Source: Octopus vulgaris (Eukaryota). From it: 64,000 bases of DNA. A model generated the notes under the pieces. The model was not told where the DNA came from, did not search any database, and was given only the letters and a program-made list of their open reading frames with translations. Location: positions 51,956,001-52,020,000 of the forward strand of contig OX597829.1 of NCBI GenBank assembly GCA_951406725.2, read 5' to 3'. This document shows, in pieces, positions 13,001 to 27,000 of the stretch. Position numbers and translations under genes: made by a program. Position 1 is the stretch's first letter. Every line of letters starts with the position of its first letter.

Positions 13001-16000
13001 CATTTTGCTTAGCAGTAAATCTGAATTTTAGGGATTCTCAGAAGACCTGGAAAAATCTAGCAAAATATACAGCAAATATTAAAATCACTTGTGTGACTAT
13101 ATATATATATATATATTTTTTTTTTTTGATTTCCAAAAGCTCCAGTAGCACTAATTTAAAACTGTATACAGCTATGGTACGACCACACTTGGAATTCGCA
13201 TCATCAGTTTGGAACCCCTATCTTGCTCAGAACATTGACCTCCTGGAATCTGTCCAGAGACGTGCAACCAAACGCATACCCTCCATCAGACACCTACCAT
13301 ATTCTGAGCGCCTTGTTTCCCTGGGCATGGATTCACTGAAGCTCCGGCGTCTGGCGATGGACTTGGTAAACACCCACAAAGTTATCAACCACCTCACCAA
13401 CAACAACACTGAATACCTTTTTGATCTCCATGTGTCTAACACACATGGACCTGCCTACAAAGTCAGAAAACAGCACAGCTCCCATGACTTTCGGAAACAT
13501 TTTTTCACGCTCAGAGTTGCTGAAGCATGGAATAAACTGCCTGCATCAGTTGTTGACTGCCATGACACTGCATCCTTTAAGGCCCTTATGCTTTCCGAAA
13601 TCCGCCGAAACTACACCCGATTATATATAGACTTTAGATGAGTTGTAGTGCACCTGAGCACTGTACACAATTATTATTATTATTATTTTAAAATAAATTC
13701 ATACCCTAGATGGTATAAGACTGGAAACTGCTTTTCTTGCTGATTTTTCAGTAGAAACTGGACCCAGCTACAGTCTTTCTTATAATATTAAACCAGGAGA
13801 TTTTATAAATTTTTTCCTTTTCTTTTGACAGATACATTCCATTACTTACAAGATTGCCATATGCTTACAAATAAGGAATTCTCACAAGTAATAATAAATG
13901 TCCCCCCCATTATAGTTTTGTGGTTTTATTTCTTAGATCCTGAAAACCAACCGAGTTAATCTCATAAAGAAAATGAAGAAAGAATCTGACGTTTACCGTA
14001 GTTGGAAAATGAAAAAGGATGTGGAAGTTAACAAGCTTCTACAGAATGTAAGATGTTTTTTTTTTTGACTCTTATTATTTTTGTTCTTTTTCTATTGTGT
14101 GAATAATACAGCTTATTGCATGTAACTTGGACATTTTAGATCCATATTTGTTTAATATTATTTAATGTATTTAATATTTTTAATTATTTAAAAAAAAATC
14201 TATACTATTTTATCTTCTATTTATATAGGACAGAAAAAGACAATTTGAAATCCAAAAGCTACAAAGAGCTCAAGAAAAGCAGCAGGCCATACTTAAAAGG
14301 AAATCTGAAGAGGTTTCTGATAAATTCTTCATAAATTTTCCTTCATTTTTTTGTTTTTTTGTTCTAGTATTTGAATAGTATTTTACAAAAAAAGAATTGT
14401 ACTTTTTTCTCTCTTTTACTCTTTTACGTGTTTCAGTCATTTGACTGCAGCCATGCTGGAGCACCGCCTTTAGTCGAGCAAATCGACCCCGGGACTTATT
14501 TTTTGTAAGCCCAGTACATATTCTATCGGTCTCTTTTACCGAACTGCTAAGTGACGGGGATGTAAACACACCAGCATTGGTTGTGAAGCAATGTTAGGGG
14601 GACAAACACACACACATACATATATATATACCCACATATATGATGAGCTTCTTTTAGTTTCCGTCTACCAAATCCACTCACAAGGCATTGGTCGGCCTGG
14701 AGCTATAGCAGAAGACACTTGCCCAAGATGCCACGCAGTGGGACTGAACCCGGAACCAAGTGGTTGGTAAGCAAGCTACTTACCACACAGCTACTCCTGC
14801 GCCTTTTGTACTTTGAAAAAATTTTTTTTACTTGTTTCAGTCATTGGACTGTAGCCATGCCGAGGCACTGCATTGAAGGCTTTTAGTTAAACTAATTTAA
14901 CCAGACTTATTTTTGAAGTCTGGTACTTCTCTATTAGACTAGCTAAGGTTCTAAATTGTGGAGGCATGAACAAACCAATACCAGTTTTCAAGCAGTGGTT
15001 GAAGATAACACACACACACACACACAATGTGGGCTTCTTTCAGTCTCCACCTACTAGATCCGCTCACAAGGCTTTGGTTACCTGGCGTTCTAATAGAAGA
15101 CACTTGCCCAAAGTGCCACACAGAACCCAAAACCATTTGGTAGGAAACTAGACTTCTTAGCACACGACCAAGACAAGATAAAATGGTACAATTCTTTTTT
15201 TGTAAAATACTATTCCTATGCACATTAGACCAAAAAAAAAAAGATAATAATAATAATAATTCTTCAACTAATTCCACTTCATTATCTGTGCAAAAAGACT
15301 AATAAATTGCCAAGGAATTTCAAGTTCCTAACTTCTTAAACCTTTGCCTGTCCAAAGTATTTCCATAAGTTTGTCCTAGAGTGTCTGTTCTTGTTTTCAG
15401 ACCTTTTATTATTAAGTCCTCAGGACATTTGGCAGTTGAAACAAGTCTACTACTGAGTCTGTCATTATGGGGACACAAACAAACCAGCATCGGTTGTTAG
15501 GCAGTGGTTGGGGACCAAACCTGGACACCAAACTGTTAATTGTTAATTAACATTTTTGTTAATGATTTAACATCTAAGCTAACTTTGGAAATCATTATTG
15601 GACTAATTAATTTCCATTAACATCAATTGAATTGAGGTTAATGAATTTTAAAGGTGTGTTTTGGTGGTTTTAGAGCAAAAACCGATTTTTTTTCTGTAAT
15701 AAAAATTGTTAACGGTTTATTGATAACTTGCGTTACTTTAGGTAATAATTGACTGATTAATGGTTATTGAAGTTAACTTTTTGGTCAATGGACTAACAGT
15801 TAACGAAGGTAACTTTTCGATTAACAGTTCTCATCTTTGTTAGGGACAAACACAAAAATTTAAAAATATACACACACATATATATGTACATTATATATAC
15901 ATATACTTTTTGTTTTTTCCCCTCACTGTATAATTTTTTTTTTTTTTGCAATTAGCTTAATTTGATGCTCTTTGCATTAAAAATATTAACACCAATATAA

Positions 16001-16256
16001 TTAACCCTTTTGTTACTATATTTCAACACAAATATACCTCCTTTTTTCTCTTTCTCTTTTACTTGTTTCAGTCATTTGACTGCTGCCATGCTGGAGCACC
16101 GCCTTTTTAGTCGAGCAAATCGACCCCAGGACTTATTCTTTGCAAGCCTAGTACTTATCCTATCGGTCTCTTTTGCCGAACTGCTAAGTAATGGGGACGT
16201 AAACACACCAGCATCGGTTGTCAAGCGATGTTGGGGAGACAAACACAGACACACAA

Positions 16257-16287
<31 letters not shown>

Positions 16288-19200
16288 CGACGGGCTTCTT
16301 TCAGTTTCCGTCTACCAAATCCACTCACAAGGCTTTGGTCGGCCCGAGGCCATAGTAGAAGACACTTGCCCAAGGTGCCACGCAGTGGGACTGAACCCGG
16401 AACTGTGTGGTTGGTAAGCAAGCTACTTACCACACAGCCACTCCTGCGCCTTTGTTTCAATTAATTTTGAAAATAACTCAGAATTTAATAAACTTGACTT
16501 ATAAAGCTGGTATTTAGAACACAAATTACTAAGAAATTTTGATGAAAGTTCTTATTTAGATCACATTAAAACGGAGTTTGTAACATAGAACCTGGGCCAG
16601 TTTCAAAAGTGATTTGGCATCCTTTAAATTTTGTTATTCAGCATGTGTCCTGTTTAATGTTGTTCATTGATAAATATAACAAACAAAAAAATATATATTG
16701 TAGGCTGCAGTTGCAAACAAACGATTGAAAGAGGCGTTAAAGAAACAAGCTCTTGTCAGGAATGATCGTAACAATAATTTTGAAAGATATGACGCTAGTG
16801 CAAATGCAACAAAATTGAAGGTATGGTGGGTTTTGTTTTTGTTGAATTTTGTATGAATGTAAAAGGAATTTCAGTAATTTAGTTCCTCTCCTGACTGTGA
16901 AAGGAACTTCGATATTTAACCCCGAATAAACCTTGATTGAATAAATAGATTGTAGCGGTCTCTGATATCCTCACTGTTTGAGAAACACGGCAGGAATAAT
17001 CTCGTTTGAGATTACGGCCATCTTTGGCAACAGGAACAACTCGGCCAAAGATGGCCGTAATCTCAAACGAGATTATTCCTGCCGTGTTTCTCAAACAGTG
17101 AGGATATCAGAGACCGCTACAAGATGATGAAAGGAATTCTAACTTTGAACCATATCATTTGGGGTTTTTTTGTTTTCTTTTTTTTAACCTATCGATATTT
17201 GTGATTTGTTGGTGATTTTGTCGCTTGTTCTAGCAGTTAAAGTGGGTGTGGTTAAATTTGAGTATAAGAATACAACAAAAACCCTTTTAACATTTAGATT
17301 ACTCTGTCAAATTTTATACTTATTTATTGACATTGTTTTGAATTAGTCATGTGTTATCTCGTAGCCTTGAGATTTCAGTGATGCAATTGTTTATATTTAG
17401 AATGTCTTTTCCCAATCTATGATGTGTTTTTATCTATACGATTGAGTAACAAAAACAAGAAAAAAAGATAAAATGTTTGTATTACCAAAGGTTTTACATG
17501 ATTATTGTATCAAACATGACAGAGAAAAATGTTAAGAATTTAAGGGTTATTGAACACCCATGTCCTTGTTTAAAGCCAATGGCTTCCACCTATAGTGAAC
17601 TTTTCTTCCTTACATACACACGCACATCTAGTAGAGAATTTGATTATATTGACAAAACAAAGTGTAACTTCTTACAATCGTTACTAAGTGGAGGCGCAAT
17701 GGCCCAGTAGTTAGGGCAGCGGACTCGCGGTTATAGGATCACGGTTTCGATTCCCAGACCGGGCGTTGTGAGTGTTTATTGAGCGAAAACACCTAAAGCT
17801 CCACGAGGCTCCGGCAGGGGATGGTGGTGATCCCTGCTGTACTCTTTCACCACAACTTTCTCTCACTCTTACTTCCTGTTTCTGTTGTACCTGTATTTCA
17901 AGGGGCCGGCCTTGTCACTCTCTGTGTCACGCTGAATATCCCCGAGTACTACGTTAAGGGTGCACGTGTCTGTGGAGTGCTCAGCCTCTTACACGTTAAT
18001 TTCACAAGCAGGCTGTTCCGTTGATTTGGATCAACCGGAACCCTCATCGTCGTAACCGACGGAGTGCTTCTACTAAGTTTGGATGTAACTACTTAGAATT
18101 GTAAAAGCTTTTTTTTGTTTGTAATTGTTTCAATGACAACTAAATATATAAACCAATAAAAAGCATTATAAATCAGAAGTTACCTCTGGATCATTGCCTT
18201 TATGATGATATCTATGCATAAATGTCTTTGACAAGAAAGTAATATGTATAATTATGTTTATATAATGTCAGACACTATTGGAACAAGAATTGGAAGTGAA
18301 AGTTCGAGTCAAGGAAGCAAAATACCACTTAAAGAATTTGGTCGAAGACCGAAAAACTTTGTCTTTGGAGTTGAGGCGCTTGAAAAATTCAGATCCACCT
18401 ACAAAGGTTGGTATCTTTTGTTTATAATTTTACTTATAACGCTTAAAATTTATATTAAGGAATTAAGGTATAAAGGTCTGAATGGGAGAGAATAAGAAAT
18501 TTAAATGAAATGATCCCATCTCGGATTTCATGGGAAGTTTTTAGGGTTGCTAAAATATGTAGAACAATCATTCATCCATCTTTTCCACTTGCTATTTGTA
18601 GAAGAATCTTGGAGGTAGAGTCCTCAGGCATCCCTTCCATAGGGTCCTATCAGAAGTAACCAAAATTACATGCTTCAGCAGGATTACCAAGTATGACGAA
18701 CTAGCACTGGATGCTATTCGACCAACTCATTCTTTGGTCTACCCCTGGGTCTCCTGCCAATTGGCATGGCTTGAAGAATCCATCTTGGGATTTTTTCTTG
18801 TAACATTCACCTCGTGCTGGTGGTATGTTAGAAGCACCATTTGAGCGTGGTTGTTGCCAGTACCACCTAACTGGCTCCCATGCCGGTGGCATGTAAAAAG
18901 CGCCCACTACACTCTCAGAGTGGTTGGCATTAGGAAGGACATCCAGCTGTAGAAACCTTGCCAGATCAGATTGGAGCCTGGTGCAGCCTCTTGGCTTGCC
19001 AGTCACCAGTCAAACCGTCCAACCTATGGCAGCATGGAAAGCAGACTTTAAACGATGATGATGATGATGATGTCCATGGTACCAGAGCTGTGACTTCCCA
19101 ATGTTTGCCTACTTTGTATTCTTTTAACCAGTTTCTTCTCTTCCGAGGATCAGACACTGGAACTGGCACACTATTGTGCCAACTCCTGCAATTCTAGCAT

Positions 19201-22200
19201 TCCATTCAGCTTCATGTTTCCCTGTATTCTTGAGATACTTAAACTCTCCACTTGTCTCAGTGATTCTTTCTTTTATTCTTTTACTTGTTTCACACTCTGG
19301 GATGCGGCCATGCTGGGGCACTGTTTCAAAGGGTTTAAGTTGAATGAAGTAATCCCAGTGCTTTTTTTTCTTTTAAGCCTGTTATTCTGTCAGTCTCTTA
19401 GGTCGAACTGCTAAGTTATGGGGATGTAAACAAACCAGCACTGGTTGTCAAGTAGTAGTGGTGAGACAAATACAAAGATGCACACACATGCTAATATGAT
19501 GGGGGTTCTTTCAGTCTGCATCTGCCAAATTCACTCAATGCATCAGTTCATAGCTATAGATGAAACTTGCATAAGATGGCACGCAATGACGCTTGAACTC
19601 CCAATCCTGTAGTTGGGAATCAAACTTCTTACCACACAGCCAAGCTGCACCTGATGTAAAAAATTTTAAAAAAATTTTAATGAATTCCATTTTCAGAAAC
19701 ATATAACAACTGATGGTGATGGCAGTCCAAAGGAGGTGAACATTAGTATCAAAAAGTTAACTGATGAAATTAATGACAGGTTTGTGTTTGTATGTTAATT
19801 TTCTGAATGCTAGTGTTACTATATTTCTGTTAAAATGTATTGTTTTCATTCCATTTTGTTTTCAAAACCGATGAAGAATTTAGTAAACTAACTACGAGGT
19901 GCATTCCAGAATTTTTTAGACTTTTTCAGGAGAGACACTTATTAATTTCAAAGAAATACAAAATACTATTCTCCTTCAAAGTAGTATCATCTCCCTTAAC
20001 TCTTTCGTTACTATATTTCTGACCAAATTACACCCCTTATGTGTTTCAATTAATTTCTAACGTAATCATAAATTTAGTCTGGTTTCATTAAACAACTATA
20101 ACTTTTTTATTTATCAATATATTAACGTGATTTTTGGAAGATAATTTAATGAAATGTTCTCAACCAATTCTATACTATAATTTTTGTCACAAAGTGACTC
20201 TAATTGCAGGTAGATACAGGTAAATTCAACAAAATATAAAATTATTAAAATTTTCAAACATCGCTATAGAAAATGGGTTATTAGCTAATATTCAATTGGG
20301 TATACAACAAAATTTTATGATAGAATTTGTTATTCTGGGTAACTTTCTGATACCCATAATAATATTTATGGCAAAATAGTCTTAATTTCATTTAAGGTTG
20401 TGGGAAACCACAAACTATCCTTTCTTTCGCTTTGTTTACATTTAGTGTAACAGTTCGTTTCCGCCGTAGTTTTCTGATACCCATAATATTTTTGGGTAAC
20501 TTTCTGATACCCATAATAATATTTATGGCAAAATAGTCTTAATTTCATTTAAGGTTGTGGGTCTGAACTTGGAACCATGTGGTTGGGAAGCAAGCTTCTT
20601 ACCACACTGCCATACCTGCTTATACATAATTCTGTGGATATGTAATATGAATCTAAATTCCTTTATATTCTTAAACTTATTGCTATTTTCAATACTATTT
20701 TGCATATATTATAGAAATGTTCAAATTGCCACTCTTCAATCAGAAATCCAAGAGGCAGAAAATGGTAAGAATTAATTCTGATTTCTTTTATTTTTTGTCA
20801 TTCCAGTCATAATTTTTTTCTTTCTATAAATTTAATTTTTCTTACATATATTTATTGCAGACATTAATATTAACCTTTTCTCTGAAATCTTGACAAATTC
20901 TTTCTTTTAGATAAATTCAAAGGATGCGTTGAAACGATCCGTAGCATCAACGATTCTAAAGTTCTTTTGAACTTTTTGATTGAGAAGGTAAGATTTTTAT
21001 ATTTTTCTTACCTCAACCGTTTAGCATTCAGATTATTCTGTCAAATGTGATGCTTATTTTATCCACATTGTGTTGAATCAATCATGTATTTGTTTACTTT
21101 TAGAATGGCATTGTAAGGTTGGTGTGATATGCCAGATCTGGCTGATCTGAGCATAAAATAAGCAGGCTATATGAGTTGGATCTGATCCTCCTCATAAAAT
21201 AGGTGGAATATTTGAGTTGGATGTAGCCAATGTAAATGCTAAAAAGTTAAAAGAGGATATATATCATCATCGTTTAACATCTGTTTTCCATGCTAGCATG
21301 GATTGGACAGTTTGACTGAGGACTGGTGAGCCAGAAGGCTGCACCAGGCTCCAATCTGATCTGGCAGTGTTTCTACAGCTGGATGCCCTTCCTAACGCCA
21401 ACCACTCCGAGAGTGTAGTGGGTGCTTTTACGTGCCACCGGCACGAGGGCCAGTTTGCTGGTACTGACAACGGCCATGCGCAAATGGTGCTTTTTACGTG
21501 CCACCTGCACAGGAGCCAGTCCAGTGGCACTGGCGACGGCCACGCTCGAATGTTTTATGTGTCACCAGCACAAGTGCTAGTAAGGCGATGCGGTAACGAT
21601 CACACTTGAATGGTGTGCTTAACGTGTCATATATATAAATAAATAAATGTATGTGTATTTTTTCACTGTTTACAAATAACACGGGAAAAATAAATAAACA
21701 GTTACCAGGGTAGCAAGAATTCAGACAAGTACCAAGGATATAACAGCCAACTTATAAAGGTAGAAACTCCAGGTTTTGGTGAAATGTTTTTATATAACAT
21801 AGATAAATAAATAAATGGAGTAAATTCAGGTGTTATTCAAATCTTTAATGATTTTAATAACACCTGCGTTTAACTCCATTTATTTATCTATCTATCTATA
21901 TATATTTACTGGAAAGCAATATTCTCGTATTGCATTACTATTTTCATTGAAACTTCTTCACTGTTCTCGTTCTGTTAATGTTTTGGCGTTCAGACGAGTG
22001 TACTGGCATAGATGTGCCAACATTTGAAATATTGTCGAGGTATATGTAGCTGATGAAGATAAATATACGTTGGCAGACGTATTTTGAAGAATCTGAAACC
22101 GGTACTGTATTATCCGTTTCTAGGTATTTCATTTTTCAGATGTTTGTTGCACACACGCATCTTTACTAGTACATACGCAGTGAAGCTATACATTAGCGTC

Positions 22201-23964
22201 GTATTTATTACGTTCGCTATTTTCCAGTAAATATCGGTGCTTCGTTGTGCCATTTATTTACTTTTATGTATATATATATATATTCACAATTTAGTAGTTC
22301 TCTGCAAAACATGCTTCTTATTGAAGCAAATATTTACATATAGCTAGAATGGCAATAATTTTCCATCTAACTTCAAGTTTTCAGTTCCTTTAAGACAGAT
22401 TTTAGCACAGTCCACTCGACTGTTGGTTCTTTTTTTATTTATTTATATATTTATTGCAATGTCACTTGCAGGTGAATTAATGTCTTGTAATTTTTCATAT
22501 TCTCATGCAGTCACATTAATTGAATCTCTTTCATACAGAGTATCAAAGAACGGATTGATCATAATAATGACAAGTCTGCTGTAAAAGACCTTAAAAATAA
22601 TTATTTGGAAGCTGTCAAAGAGAAAGACTCAAGTGAAATGAAAGCGAAATCATTACAGAATCAGCATGAATCAAGTCTTGTGGACTTGCAGCAGAAATAT
22701 GAAAGCAAGGTAACTTTTAAATTATTAATCCGAAAACGCATGTAAGTACTTACGTATGTATGTGTGCACAAATGGTGGTGCCCCAGCATGGCCACAGCTC
22801 GTGAGCTGAAACTAGATAAAAAAAAATTAAAAAAGCACAAACTTAAACTCATTGTTATAACATCATCGTCATCATCATCATTGTTTTATTGTTCACTTTT
22901 TCATTCTTATGAGTTGGACGAAGTTTAGTTTAGGCAGATTTTCTACAGCCAGACGCCCTTTGGTGTTGCCAACTCTCACCTGTTTTCAAATAAGGTATTA
23001 TATCTATCCATGGCCAATCATGTTCTTGCAGAATATTGGAAATGAAACATGCTGCTATGTGAAACAACAACAACAAGCATTTATGATTAACATGCAATAT
23101 CAAGTCAAGGAGATACGAGCATACACGTTTGTACAGGCATACATTCTAACACACGTTTCAGCTTCTGTGTATCTAGTCCACTTACAAGGCATTGGATGGT
23201 CCAGATGATGCTTGCCCATGGTGCCACTCAATGGGACTGAACCTAAGATCACGTGTTTGAGAAGTGTACTTCTTAACCACACAGCCATGTTATCCATAAT
23301 ATAAATTGGACATGGGCGATCGTTGTATTCTTTCTTGTCTTGAGGTTCACAGCCGAACGGCTGGGTGGATTCGCGTGAAAAATGGCACACATGTGGGGAC
23401 AGGTGCATAGATTGGAATGCAGTTTGTATTTTTTTCCTAGCCCCCATACTTACTGAGAAAATTGATTAAAGCTTTTCTAATGGAATTCCCCCTCTTTCTT
23501 TCACCATAAAAACAACCAGTTATTTAGAAGCTGTTTTCTGACAGGGTGGGGTCAGGAAATGTTCATATAGCAGGAGACTCCAATCGAAACAGGGGACCCA
23601 AAATGATAAGGTTGAGAAACGCTGTTATAGATTATGCCTAATCGAAAACGATTTTATATATATATATATATATATGCCAGTGGCACATAAAAAGCACCAT
23701 CCGATCGTGGCCGTTGCCAGCCTCGCCTGGCCCCCGTGCTGGTGGCACATAAAAAGCACCATCCGATCGATGGCCATTTGCCAGACTCGTCTGGCACCTG
23801 TGCACCCACTACACTCATGGAGTGGTTGGCGTTAGGAAGTGCATCCAGCCGTAGAAACATTGCCAGATCAAACTGGGCCTGGTGCAGCCTTCTGGCTTCC
23901 CAGACCCCAGTTGAACGGGCCAACCCATGCTAGCATGGAAAGCGGACGCTAAATGATGATGATG

Positions 23965-24019
<55 letters not shown>

Positions 24020-27000
24020 ATTATTAGAGACAAAACCACTATTTTGCAAAACAAACAAGGAAAGACTTAATCAATACATAAAATTTTAATAAATAGTCAA
24101 AAAAACCGCCACTACAATTGTTTCTTGTCTTGATCGACAATCTTCAGGTGGACTTCCAATCTAAAATATCAATATTTTAAAATATAAAAATAATAATTTT
24201 AAAATAATTAAAGTATGAATGAAAAAATATAAATATATAATCCATATATAACCTATATATAATCCATATATAATCAATAAATAAACAATATATAAACTAA
24301 AATAAACCTATCAACAATTAAATATAAAATATAAAACAAAACAAAAAAATAATAATAATATAATAATAAACTATATATACACCCATACACATATACCTAA
24401 TTATATATAACCATATCTAACTACATACACTAAATCACACACCTATATATGTATCCCTATACACATAAAAACGTCTAGGCAACTATAAATAAATAAAATA
24501 GCTAAATACTTCAACACAATACTTATTCATACTCCCACACACACACACACATACAACCCACATTCACGCTCTAGAAAACGGACATCACTTAAAATTATGA
24601 ACGGAGAAATGGAATAAATGGAATTAAAAATTATATTCACTTGGTAAAACGAACACTACTTAAAAATTATGAATGAAACAATACAATAAAACAACAGACA
24701 TCGCAAACAGACACAAATTACTACGAATTCCTTAACAAACCTACCATGATAAACCAAAACTCATAAAAACATATAATGATAAAATCTCCCTTTACTAAAC
24801 TCTGTAACATACCTATATAGCAATCCCCCCAACCTAAACATTCACACACAAATACACACACGTAAACCACACACCCACAACACATACAAATACCCACACC
24901 ACTTACACATACCTATACATACATATAAACCTCAACATATACTCCAAAAACCCACTCAACCCCACACAGACAAATAAACACAAAAATTATGAATGGATTC
25001 TTTTATAAAACTACCATAATAAGCTAAAACTCACAAAACATAAATGATAAAACCTCCCTTTACTAAACACTATAACATACTTATATAGCAATCCCTTTAA
25101 CCTATACATTCACACACAAATACACACACGTAAACCACACACCCATAACAAATACAAACACCCACCCCACTCACACACACACACAAGTACATATAAGCCT
25201 CAACATATACACCAAACAAAATTACTTTACCAAGGAACTTAACATATGTATAAAAAGTATAACCGCTCTGGAAACGAACATCTTTTAAAATAATGAATGG
25301 AGAAATGGAATAAATGGAATTAAAAATAATATTCACGTGGCAAAACGAACACCACTCAAAAATTATGAATGAAACAATGTAATAAAACAACCAACATCGA
25401 AAATAGACAAATTACCACGAATTCCCTAAAAAAAACCATGATAAACCAAAACTCTTAAAAACATATAACGATAAAATCTCCCTTTGCTAAACTCTATAAC
25501 AAACCTATATAGCAATCCCCCTAACCTAAACATTCACACACAAATACACACACGTAAACCACAGACCCACGACTTATACACATACCTATACTAACTTATA
25601 AACCTCAATATACACCAAAAACCCACTCCCTCCCCACACAGACAAATTAACACATACATCCCAAAACCTAAATAACAAACCCATATACACATTCACACAC
25701 AAACACACACACACGCAAAACACACACACACAACAGATACATATACTCCCTCACATATACGCATATACATACTCACTAAACTCGATATATACAACAATAT
25801 TTACACACCCACACTCATACAGATAAATAAATTATACAACTAAAAACTCACACACAATCTCATATACATAAACACTCAATGAAAAACAACATTAAATACA
25901 TCGTAATTAACCAGAATATCAAAAATAACAATATGACATAAGGAGAAATAAAATACATACTTACAAGTCAGTTTCAAATTATGAAGTGAAATTAAATTCT
26001 TAGCCGTTAAAAAAATCAAACCAAAATTACGTTACCATAGAAATATAACTTATGTAAAAAAAGAATACGCGCCATGGAAAGTACCCCCTCACATGTACAT
26101 ATGCATGCTAGTTGGGCTCGATATATGCAACAATGTAATCGCGCCCGCATACATGCATATGGGCGAGTTGCACAATCAAAATACGCACACGTGTGTGTGT
26201 GCGTTCCCTGGTTGTGCAATTCACCCATCTAGGTGTGAGTGGGTGTAAGCGTATTGCTGTGGATGTCGAGCTTGATACGTATGTATATGAGTGTGTATTG
26301 GGGGGTTGTACGTATTTATTGTGTGCATGTGCTTCATGCACGTGCGTCCATGTATGGATGAATATATTGGGATTGCTATGTGGGTGTAAATTGGGTATGG
26401 AGGGGGGAGTTTTGTCATTGTATGGGTGTGGGTTTCATTTGTGATGGTGGTTTGTCGGTGATATTTGGTATGTTCTGTATATTTGGGTTAGTTATGTATT
26501 ATTCTAGTGTGTAAAATTGTATACATATGATTGGTGTGAGTGGGATTACGCCCATTTTTGGGGATGTATGTGTTTATTTGTCCGTATGGGGCGGGAGTGG
26601 CCATTTGGTGTATATGTTGAGGCTCACATGCAATTCCAGGTACGCGCGAATGAAGTGGGCACTTATATTTGTTATGGGTGTGTGTACTTTATTATAACAG
26701 ACAATACCCAAATAAAATCTGTCAATTCAACATACCAAATAAAAAACAAAAAACAAAGGGATCGTAAACATTCACACATACATACAAAACTCAATAAAAA
26801 CACCACTAAATAACACCCATCAACATATAAATATATCCTCCAAAATACATATAACAAATGCATAATAAAAATACATAATAAAATAAAATAAAAAAAAAAA
26901 ATCTAATATAAATTATTAAAGTTTTAACATACCATAAACTGTTATATTAATATACATTAAAAATGAACTAATTAAAACAAAGAAATATCAATAAAGACTA

